Source: Callorhinchus milii
Lineage: Eukaryota
Direction of reading: 5' to 3'
DNA: 64,000 nt
NCBI RefSeq assembly: GCF_018977255.1
Contig: NW_024704743.1
Coordinates: 28,274,001-28,338,000, forward strand
This document shows positions 48,201-60,200 of this stretch, one piece after another; position 1 is the first letter of the stretch, and each line of letters opens with the position of its first letter. The position numbers and the translations under genes are program-made. The notes below the pieces were generated by a model. It saw only the letters and a list, made by a program, of their open reading frames with translations, searched no databases and was not told the origin of the DNA.

Positions 48201-51200
48201 AAGCCGACCAGCTGGTTGGTGAGTTATTAACCAGGTGCACTTCTGGAGGCCATTTAAATGAGCAAATGGGAAGGTTAGGAGAAACTTCTTCATGCACAGA
48301 GAAGTTAGGATATGAAATGATCTGCTGGGATCAATGGTTGAAGCAAAATCCATATTGACCTTCAAGGGAGAACTAGACAAATACCTTAAAAAGAGTCAGC
48401 TACAGAGGTATACTGATGGGTTAGGTAAATGCAAGTGAAAGGAATGCTTGAGGGAGCCGGCATAGACACAATGGGCCGAATGGTCTTCTTCTGTGCCTTA
48501 AATTTCTTTGATATTATCAAAGGATATTGAAGCACAGACACCATCTGCTGGTGGAAGCTCAGTACACTCAAAGTGAATTTTTTCCCAATGTGCAGTTTGT
48601 TATTTATTTACTATTCATGTTACTTATTATTTCTCAAATCAAATATTCCAAAAAGGTTTGGCTTACTTATCCTGAATTCTAATCACGTTCTCCACGATCA
48701 GTTGCTTGAAATGACTGAACAAGTCTCCAGAGTTCTCATTCAACGTCAGACCCTGAAGAAAACAGAACATGTGTGTATTATATGTGGGTCGTGTAAACCA
48801 TGTACAATAATAGTACAATAATAATAATAATCCTTGTATCCATCACCTTTTGCGTCAGGAGAACATCTCAACACAATTCACAGTATTTCCTGTAAATTGT
48901 AGTGACTGTATTTCTAGGCAAATTTGCCCACAACAGTGTCCCACAAGCAGCTATGAAATAATAACCAACTCCATCTGGGAGATTGTTGTTCAGGTGACTA
49001 GGAGAAACTCCCTTCTCATACAGTGCCGTTGGAACTTCAACATCTACCTGAACTGGCATACGGGACCTTGGTTTAACATCTCATCCAAAGTCGATTGGAT
49101 TGCACCTCCATTACTCTCCGTACTACAAAGGAGTGTTAGCCTGGACTATACGGCTTCAAATTCCCGGAGTCTCAGCCCACAACTTTCCTACTCAAAGGCA
49201 AGAGTGCTACCAACAGACCCAGCAGCCAAATCCTATCACACCAGAAAATGCACCTTAGTGCATCTCCTCCAGGAATCCCCAAGTTCCATAATTACAAAGA
49301 GTGATACAGTGCAGAAACAGGTCATTCGGTCTGTGCCGGTGTTTATACTCCATGTGGACTAAACAGCTCTTATGATCAGTCAGGCTCCGACAAAAATAAC
49401 ACTACGAATTACTTCAGGTTTGTCAACACGTGGTTGAAAACTCATCGACTTACCTGATCAACTAGGACAGCATTTTGCAGAGAGGTTTGCTGCTGCAGAT
49501 GGGACACAAACTCCTTCATGTTTGGCATCAAGTCCATCATAGTAAAAGCCTGAGTAACAACAAACGCAAGACAGATAATGAGAATGGAATAATTACTGCA
49601 TAAACCAGAGCAGCAAAACATATTGGTGGATGTAGGAAGCAAAGCAAACAACCAACAAGGCTAACCGAAAAATAATTATTCTTGCCTCGAGCTTCTGTTC
49701 TCCCGCCCCTCCCACATGGCCAAGTGGGTAAATGTACAGCTGGGATTAGCAGGTACAGTGTGGGAAGAATTGATTTGTTGAAAAAAAAACTAACTTTAAA
49801 CTAAAGAACTTTTAACTGAATCATTTCTTTTAGACGAGAAAAAAAATAAACACAAAAAAGGCCCTACTGTATACAATATCGAAAAGCTATAGATTCATGT
49901 TGCTGCATCATTGCTGGTGAGGAACACAAGACCAACAACTTGCATTTATTTAGCGCCCTTCAAATAAGATAATGTTCAGAGTGTTTTACAATGACGGAGA
50001 CGGACAATGAGCAAGGGATGGTGAGAGACTGGTGACCACAAGAGGTAATAACAACAACAACAAGATTACATTTGTATAGCGCGTTTCATGTCGGGAGGAC
50101 GCCCCAAGGCGCTGGACAGTGTACAGCATTTCAGATCCGAGCTGGGTCAGGGAGGGAGAGGGGAGGGGAAAGGGGGTGACCGATGGCATGGTCGAAGAGG
50201 AGGGTCTTGAGATGGGACTTGAACTGGCCTAAGAAGGGGCCGAGGCGGAGTGATGGGCAGATGGAATTCCAGAGGTTGGAGGCAGAGTGACTGAAGGCTC
50301 TCCTGCCAATGGTGGGGAGGGTGGGTCGGGGGATGCGGAGCAGGCCAGAGCCGGCTGAGCGGAGGGAGCGGGCGGGTTGATAGGGGGTTGAGAGGTCGCA
50401 GATGTAGGGGTGGGGTGAGGCAATGGAGGGCTTTGTAGGTGAGGACTAGGATCTTGAACTGGATCCTCTGAAGGATAGGGAGCCAGTCGAGTCGGGCGAG
50501 AACGGCGAGATGGGGTCACGGAGTTTGGTGCGGGAGAGGACACGGCTGCAGAGTTCTGGATTATCTGCAGCCTGTGGAGGGAGGAGTTGGGAAGGCCGAC
50601 AAGCAGGGCATTTGGATAGTTGAGCCTGGAGGTGATGAAGGCATGAACAAGAGTTTCAGCGGCCTGAGGGTTGAGGTAGTGGTGGAGTCGGGCGATGTTA
50701 CAGAGGTGAGGGAAGGCAGAGCGGGTCATGGCTTGGATGTGAGGAAGAAGACAGTTGAGGGTCAAACAAGACACCAAGGTTCCTGACTGACTTGGTGAGT
50801 TGAAGTGTGCAACCATGGAGGTTGATGTTGCCAGAGCCTGAGGTGCAGAGGCGCCGGCGCGAGCCAATCAGGAGAGACTCAGTCTTGTTCACATTTAACT
50901 GTAGGAAATCTGCCCTCATCCAGGACTTGGTGTCTGACAGGCAGTCTGTCAGGACAGCAGTGGTCCTGGAGTTGAGGGTGGGGGCAGAAAGATAGAGTTG
51001 GGTGTCATCCGCATACATATGGAAGTTGACCCCATGTCTGCGGATGATGTCACCAAGTGGGAGCACGTAGATATTAAAGAGGAGAGGGCCAAGGACAGAG
51101 CCCTGGGGGGCGCCAGACGTGACAGTGAGGGGGCTGGAGGAGAAACCGTTAGAGGCAACAGAGTGGATAAACACTGAACCCACAAAAATACAGTGTCAAT

Positions 51201-54200
51201 GAACTTTACAGTATGTTCTGTTACGCTCTTTGAGATGTCTAGAAGACGTTTAGAAGATATGAAAAGGCGCTATATCAAATGCAAGGATTATTATATATTA
51301 TACTAGCTGTACCCATTGCAGCTTCGCTTGCAACCAAAGGATCCAATATGGAATGTAGATTGACACACAGACAGACATTTCATCTTTATCTAGACTCCAG
51401 TGGAAGGCCTTCAGTGGGAGGACTTGGCATTTTAAAAATGTAATTTTGTTGTTGTTGCCCCTCTTAGCTTTGTCTGTGTTCTTTATTTTGGTGGAGTGTG
51501 CACCACACTAGGATGCCAGTCGGGAACCTTGGCGTCTTGTTTGACCCTCAACTATCCTTTCCATCCAACATCTGTGCCATGTCCCGCTCTGGCTTCCCCC
51601 ACCTCCCCAACATCGCTCGCTCCACCACTATCTCACATTGCAGGCTGCCGAGATCCTCATACACACATTCATATTATCCAGGCTCAACTACGCAAACTCC
51701 CTGCTTGTCGTCCTCCCCAACTCCACCCTCCATAGGCTGCAGATCATCCAGAACTCTGCAGCCTGTGTCCTCTCCTGCACCAGACCCCGTGACCCTATCA
51801 CCCCGATCCTCACCCGACTCCACTGGCTTCCCATCACACAGAGAATACAGTTCAAGATCCTGGTCCTCACCATCAAAGCCCTCTATGGTCTTGCTCCCCC
51901 TATCTCTGCGATTTTCTAACCCCCTACCAACCTGCCCACTCACTCCGCTCAGCAGGCTCTGCTTCACGTCCCCCCAGTCACCCGCCCGACCATTGGCTGG
52001 CGGGCCTTCTGTTACTCTGCCCCCACCCTCTCGAACTCCACCCCACAGTCCCTCCACCTCATTGGGACCCCCAGCTCGATCCGAAACAGATTGTCCAGTG
52101 CCCTGCGACATCCTCCTGACGTAAAAGACGCTATACAAATGTAATTTTTTGTTGATATTTTGTTCCCGTCGCTTGGCCACGTGCGTGCTCTGTGACGCAG
52201 GATGCCACATCCCCACTTTGACTTGGCGGCCACCAGGTGTAACTGCAGCGAAAAATGCAAAATTGAAAGTAACTCATGAATGATGGGAGCTACCCGAAAA
52301 CAAAAATGCCCATGTCACTCCCAATTGCAAGATCTTTACGATGAGGTATAAATCATGTCTCTACGTCAATTGGTTATTGAGATCCTTCTTTCAGTGCAGA
52401 CAGACATTGTCGTTTTATTGGTATAGATTATATAAACACAAGAGGGGAGGCTCTAACTAACATCCATTCACTGGACTGGTCACTGGATGATTAACAAAAC
52501 CATTCCAGACTCTAATCACCCGATATTAAATAAACATATTAAACTAAAACTTCCCACTTTGTATGCTGAAAGTACATAAGATTTAGCAGGTAAACTTTCA
52601 TGTTCCTTAAACAAAAATATAACCACTGAAGCCAAACCCAAGTTTTCATTCACACGGAATTCCACTCAATATATAGAAAGTATAAGACGATGATTCAATG
52701 CATCAGAAAACTAACAACAACCACAAGCACCACCACCACAACAAAATTTGTATAGTGCCTTTCACATCAGGAGGATGCGCCAAGGCACTGGACAGAGAAG
52801 AGTTTCGGACCCGAGCTGGGGGCCGGGATTGGGGAGGGTGGAAGCAGGGCGGGGAAGCAGGGTGATTGAAAGCACGGTTAAAGAGGAAGGTCTTGAGATG
52901 GGTCTTGAAGGAGACAGGGGAGGGGCTAAGCGGAGGGACTGCGGGATGGAGTTCCAAAGGGCGGGGATAGAGTGGCAGAAGGCCTGCCCACTAATGGTGG
53001 GGCGGGCAAGGCAGGGGACGTGAAGCAGGCCGCAGCACGCTGAGCGGAGGGAGCGAACAGGATGGTAGGGGGTTAGGAGGTTGGAGAAGTTGGGGGGAGC
53101 AAGACCATGGAGGGCTTTGAAGGCGAGGACCAGGATCCTAAACCGTATTCTCTGTGTGATAGAAAGCCAGTGGAGTTGGGCATGGATGGGGGTGATAGGG
53201 TCACGGAGCATGGTGCGGCGAGTGGACAGAGGCTGAAGAATTCTGGATGATCTGCAGCCTATGGAGGGAGCAGTTGGGGAGGCTGACATAGTCAAGCCTT
53301 GTTGTAATGAAAACATGTATGAGGGTTTCGGTGGCCTGCAGTGTGAGACAGTGGCAGAGCCGGGCAATGTTGTGGAAGTGGGGTAAGGCAGAGCGGGTCA
53401 TGGCATGGATGTGGAGTGAAAGGATAGTTGAGGGTCAAACAAGAAGCCAAGGTTCTGGATTGGCTTAGTAAGGTGAAGTGTGCAACCATGGATGGTGATG
53501 CTGTCAGTGCCTGAGGTGGGGAGGTGCTGACGGGAGCCAATCAGGAGAGCCTCAGTCTTGTTGACGTTCAACTGAAGAAAGTTAGCTCTCAACCAGGACT
53601 TGATGTCTAACAGACATTCTGTCAGGACAGCATTGGTCCTGGAGTCAAGGGTGGAGACAGAGAGGTACAGTTGGTTGTCATCCACATACATGTGGAAGTT
53701 GACCCCAAGTCTGTGGATGATGTTACCAAGAGGGAGCATATAAATATTGAAGAGGAGGGGATCAAGAACAGAGCCCTGAGGAACACTGCACAAGAAAGTG
53801 CGGGGGATAGTAGAGAATCCGTTTGTGAAGATGAAGTGGAGGCGGTGAGAGAGGTACGATCTGAACAAGGCAAGGACAGAGCCGTGAAAGTTGAGGTGAG
53901 AGGAGAGGAGGTGGGTGAGGAGGGAGTGGTCAATGTTGTGTCATCACTTTGAACAGGGCTGTTTCTGAGCTGCGGGCTGCAGCGAAACCCATTTGGAAGG
54001 ATTCATGAAGGGAGTGGTGGGAGAGGAAGGAGTGAAGCTGGGAAGCAACAACTCATTCCAGGACCTTGGAGAGCAAATGGAGGTTGGAGATGGGGCGGTA
54101 GTTTGAGAGCAGAGATGAGTCCATGGAGGGTTTTTTTTAAGGATAGGAGTGATGCCAAACGTTTTTTTTTTGGGGTGGGAACAGTACCAGTGGACCGGGA

Positions 54201-57200
54201 GAGGTTTATGATGTCTGAGTAGAGGGGCAAAGAGGTTGAGCTGGGAAATAAGGAGAGGGTAGTTATGGGGTCGAGGAAGCAGGTTTTATATGGGTTATAG
54301 TGGTAATGAGAGAGGAGTGGGAGATAGGTTCAAAGGTGTGGAGGGAGGGATGTTAGGGGCTAGGGTGGGAGGGAGTGATGAAGAGGGGCTAGTAGACAGA
54401 AGGGCAGCGGCAGCTGAGCGGATCCCTTCAACTTTGGATTGGAGGAAGCCCACCTTCGCCTTGCAGTTGGCATTGGAGGTGAGGATGGGCGAGATGTGAG
54501 AGGGTGGGCAGAGGAGCCGGTTGGTAATGGAGAAGAGGAGCCTGGGTTGTTCTTGGCCTCCAAGATTGTCTTGGAGTAGAACAACAAGGGCAGAGCAGTA
54601 GGATTTGATAAGGTCCAGCCAAATCTGCTGATGGACTGTTAAGTTTGATTTAAGCCAAGTATGTTCAGGGGCACTCACCTGTACTTTAAGGGAGCGGAGA
54701 TGGCTGGTGTACCATGGTGACTAACATGAATAGGAGACGGTTCGGGAAGAGTCGGGAGCAAGGGAATAGAGAGTGAAGGAGAGGGAATTGTGAAGAAGAG
54801 TGACCGAGGAGAATAGGTCATTGCAGGAGGAAGCCCAGAGGGGAAGGAGTTCAGATGACTCCAAGGCAGAGGGAGGAGTGGAGGGATTTTTTTTTCAGGG
54901 GCGGTAGGAGATGGAGGTGGGTTGGGTGGAGGTGGGGAGAGGGATTGAGGGGTTGAAGGAGATGAAGTGATGGTCCAAGATCGCTTTGTCAATCATGGTG
55001 AGATCCGAGACGGTGAGGCCCCGAATGATCACCAGGTCGAGGGGGTGACCGCGGATGTGGGTGGCAGAGTGTATTTAACAGTACCTAAAAAGCTACAACG
55101 TCAGTAACCCATGTGGCAGGCAAGCACTCTTTATTGCTACCTGTCTTTTGAATGACTTTCTAATCTGTCCTGCTGAATTGCTCCAGATTGAGGCATAACG
55201 CCGGATGCAGTAGTTCTCTTGGACTTTGGGATCCAGCACTCGTGAAATCACGTCCACAAGCTTTGCGTGAGGGATGGTGTCATAGGCGCCAGTAACATCT
55301 GCCTGCAACAAAAAGAGCTTTGTGTTTAATTCCTGACTTTCCTGGCTTTCAAACGATCAAGTGTTTTCTTATTACATGGTTGAAAACAGTCGTCTGTTAA
55401 CATCGTAAACAACAACAACAACTTGCACTTATATAGCGCCCTCCATGCTGGGTGGCATCTCAGAGCGCTTAACAATGGCGGAGCCAAAGGCCGAGCCAGG
55501 GAGATGGGGAAGGTGACCATAGGCACGGTCGAAAAAGTCTTCAGGCACGACCTGACGATGAAGAAGGAGGCCGGTGAGGCGAAGGGGTTGAGGGAGAGAG
55601 TTCCAAAGTTTCGGGGCATAGTGGCTGAAGGCACGGCCGCCGATGGTGGAGCAGAGGGTTCGGAGAATGCGAAGGAAAACCAGTAGAGTGGAGGACGCTG
55701 TCAGGAGAGAGGAGGTTAGAGAGATAGGGGGGTGTCAAGGAATGGAGGGTAAAGTAAAATGAAAGAAATAAGCAAACATTTGTTGTGTAATGGTAATTAA
55801 GGTAATTACCTTAATCACAAGAGCCCTCTTGTGATCTCCTGCAGCTCAAACTCTGGCATCTGAAAACACTCTGAGAACCCACTCGACATGAGGTAAAGTA
55901 CTAAAGTGTTCACTGTTCATCATTTCTATTTAAAAGCCATTTGACGACACAAACTATGTTTATACAGTAAACTGCTGATGTCTCGTCGCTCCAAGGGAAA
56001 CAGGCTCAGTGATGAGTTATGAGGAGTGACGAGTTAGGCAAATGTATAAATATGTAAATAAATGCAGCTGGGATATTGGCAGCATAATGTCTCAAGTGGT
56101 AGAGACAAGTCAAGCCAGGGTCGAGTTATCAGGAATTTACTGAAGCTGGTCTCCTCCAGGCCAGATTTGATCTATAGGCCGTGTGTATTGAATAAGTATT
56201 ATTGGCATAAGGATCAGTCAAAAGTAAACTATCATCTTTCTTCCTTACTCCTTTTTTGCTATCTTTTCCTTCTTTTGTTAGACTCACCCCACCTCCCCGC
56301 CCCCCCATCTATTTACACATTTGCTTGTCTTCATTTTAACTACTACTCGATCTTCATTTCTCTGTTTTTAAGCCGACTTTCTTTCCATCACCAGGACCAC
56401 TGAACTCTACCCTTCCTCTTAAATTCCTTCTATGCACCTTCTATTCAGATATCATAAACCTCTCCCTGTCTTCAGGCACTATTCCCAACCTCTTTAAAAA
56501 ACGGCCGTCATCACTCCTATCCTTAAAAAAATCCCTCCCTGGACCCATTCCTGCTCTCAAACTACCACCCCATCTCCAACCTCCCTTTCCTCTCCAAGGT
56601 CCTGGAACAAGTCATTGCTTTCCAGCTTTAGTCCTTCCTCTCCCGCCAATGCCTTCACAAACCCCTCCAATCAGGTTTCCGTGTCACCCACAGCACAGAA
56701 ACAGCTCTGGTCAAAGTGACAAATGACACTCTGTGCATCTGCAACCAGGGTTCCCTCTGCCTCCTCGTCCTCCTTGATCTCTCTGCTGCCTTTGACACTG
56801 TCGACCACTCTATCCTCATTCACCGCCTCTCCTCTCACTTCATGGCTCTGTCCCTGACCGGTTCAGATCATACCTCTCATACTGCCTCCACTTCATCACC
56901 ACAAACGGTTTGTCCTCTAGCCCCCGCACCATCTCATGCAATGTTCGTCAGGGCTCTGTCCTTGGTCCCCTTCTCTTCAATACCTATATGCTCCCTCTTG
57001 GTGTGAAGCTCACAACTCAGACGCTGATAGCATCACCATCCATGGTTGCACACTCCACCTTACTAAGCCAGTCCAGCACCTTGGTATCTTGTTTGACCCT
57101 CAACTATCCTTTCTACCCCACATCGTGCTATGACCCACTCTGCCTTCCCCCACATCGCCCGGCTCTGCCACTGTCTCACACCGCAGGCTGCCAAAACCCT

Positions 57201-60200
57201 CATACACGCATTCATAACATCCAGGCTTGTCTATGCAATTCCTTGCTTATCAGCCTCCCCAACTTCTTTTTCCATAGGCTGAGATCAACCAGAACTCTGC
57301 AGCTCGTGTCCTCTCCTGCACCAGACTCCATGACCCTATCACCCCCATCCTCACCCGACTCCACTGGCTTCCCATCACAGAGGATACCGTCCAAGATCCT
57401 GGTCCTCACCCGCAAGCCCTCCATGGTCTTGCTCCCCCCTATCTCTCTGACCTCCTAACCCCCTACCATCCTGCCCTCTCCCTCCGCTTAGCTGGCTCCA
57501 GCCTGCTTCACATCCCCCGCCTCACCCGTCCCACCATTGGCAGGCAGGCCTTCTAACACTCTGCCCCCACCCTCTGGAACTCTATTCCACAATCCCTGCA
57601 TCTCGCCCCCTCCCTTGCCTCCTTCAAAACCCATCTCAAGACTGTCCTCTCTAACGTGCTTTCGATCACCCTACTTCCCCCCCTGCCCTCCACCCTCCCC
57701 AATCCCGACCCCTAGCTCGGGTCCGAAACACTGACTGTCCAATGCCTTGGGACTTCCTCCTGACGTGAAAAATGCTATATAAATGTAATTTTTTTGTTGT
57801 TGTGGACCCTCGTTTTCTGACTTCTCTTTGCTCTCTCTATTTAGTTCTGCTTCCTCGAGTCCATGGCTCCTTGTGTAATTTTAAGATTGTCTCATCCCTG
57901 CAGGTTGACAGCTCTTTCCTCCTTGAACACTCAGCATCAACTCATTTCTGTAGAACTATTTTAAAATCAGTTGAACTTGATGGAGAACAGTGAAGGTCCT
58001 ATTATGCAAAACACAATACTGCAGATGCTGGAAATCTGAAACAAAAACAGAAGTCGCTGACGAAGGGTCATGGACCCGAAACCTTGACTCACTTTCCTTT
58101 CTCCATAGATGCTGCCTGACCTGCTGAGTGTTCCCAGCGACTTCTGTTTTTGTTTCAAGGTCCTATTATGACTTGGCTACACTCGGGAACCTTTACAATA
58201 TGGCTGCATTTAAAGAGCAAAACTTAAAATTTCAGGTGTTACAGATGCAACAGCATGTAACCTCACCCATCCAAAAAATAAAAATCACAAGTGCTTAGTT
58301 TAGTATTCGAGGGAGAAAATTGGCTCAGTTGGTAGGACTCTAATCTCAAAGTCTGAAGGCTCTGGATTCAAGCCTCACATTGGGACTTTGACTACATGGT
58401 CCAGGCTGCCTCTCCAATGCAGGGCTGTGGGATGTGCTGCATTTTCAAATGAGATGTTAAACTGAGATTCTGTCTGTCTGTTCAGGTGGAGATTAAGGAT
58501 CCAAAAGAAAAGGGAGTTTCTTTCAATGTCCTGGCCAACAATCCCCAAATAAAATTAGTCACTCACTTCATGGCTGTTTCCGGGGCATTGCTATGTGCAA
58601 ATGGCTGTCACATTCACCTACAAGTACTCCTATTACACTTTATAGTAAAGTCCTGTGAAGTGCTTGGAGACATTGACAATGCATTTGATGTAGAGCTTCA
58701 TCACAAGAATTGTTATAATTATAAATGAGAATAATGTCAAATGGGATAGAATGGTGACAAACTTGGCAAAACACACAAGTGTTTTAGCAGTCATGGAGAA
58801 TCCAGCATTGTACCACAATACAGTACATTTATACAACTAGTGTTCATGTTACCTCTGGCCATTTATGTAGAAAAATATCAGACAATAAGTTCTACTATAC
58901 ATGTTGCTTAAACAATGTATACATACATTGAACTATTAGACACATTATGTAAACCATGTGTAAATGTGTGTGTACAGAGGGTATCACAGATGCCCTGAGT
59001 TATATAATTAACATACAGGAACAATGGATGGACTATTTGAACAAGTTGCATAAACCCACCTTCACAAAATAATACGGGGTTCTCATTTTGTCGTTTCTCA
59101 AATGCAATAACACAAACTGCCTCCATGCTTTGTATATGTCATCAAGTCCAAACACGGAGGAGCCCACAAGGTCTGGGTTCCTTCTGCATTCGTAATTCAA
59201 CGCACTGAACAGGATTTTCGTCTGAGAGTCAAAGTACTGAATCTGTTTGAATAAAACATTTTTAAATAAACATCTCTAAGGAGAAGATTTTACATTTTTC
59301 TGAGTCCAAGGAACATGCCTTAATTGTAAGAACCCTACAAACTGTCCTGCACGAAATTATTCACCAAAGGGCTATTGCTGTAATGCAATGGAGAAATATT
59401 CTAGCCTCCACCGGAAAATATTTTTGACCAATGGTCAAAAGGTGAAGCAACCGATCCCAACAGAATCCAAACTAGACCAAGAGTTCCACATAGATATGCC
59501 ACCTAACATGGAAATTTCCCTGTGTCTAGAATGGAATGGCACATTCTCACCCTGGAGGGACGCACCCTGCTCACTTAATTCCAGGGAGTATTAAGCACAG
59601 ATTAGCAAGATCAAGCTTTGGGGACCTTAAGAGTGTGTGTTGGCATACTGTTGGAGTGTATCTAGCTAGAACCACATAGCTCGTTTCCTGCCTCTTCCTA
59701 GGGCTTTGGCTTGCAGGGGGAGCTGAGTGGGAAGAATCCCCGTTTCCCCCCCATTCTGACATTTTGTTGCCAAGTACATCACTTTAGAGCCGATTCAGCA
59801 CCAAGGAAAAAGAATGCAGATACAACAATTTACAATTAATATTTATATCACACTTTTCACGTTTCAAAGCACTTCATACAACTGACTGAGAAACCAAATT
59901 TAGGGGAGGGGGGAACAGAACAGAGGGAGGGGAATAGTGCAGGATGGAGTTCCAGATAACGGGGGGAGGGTGGTGGCTGTAGGGTTGCCCAATGATGGTG
60001 AGTCAGGAGCAGGTGGGAAGCGTGAAGCACGCCTGGTGACTGTGGCAGTAGTCTCAGAGGTAGAGTTGGGGGCAATCTACACATTGCAGTGCAGCTTACA
60101 CACCAAACTTCCGAATGATCACCAACCTTTCTCGCGTTACTCCCTTTGACGCACTTCTTGGATCCCGTTATGTTCCTCATTTTCACTATGGGCCGCAGAC

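Noticed and set aside
50229..53868. Second RT gene or active retroelement nested in TERT
   Set aside because: All RT-like ORFs are frameshifted, truncated L2 ORF2 pieces; none is intact
54350..54370. Interstitial telomeric repeat
   Set aside because: A single ttaggg-like word within a G-rich L2 linker; no array seen and no telomerase RNA gene recognised in the window
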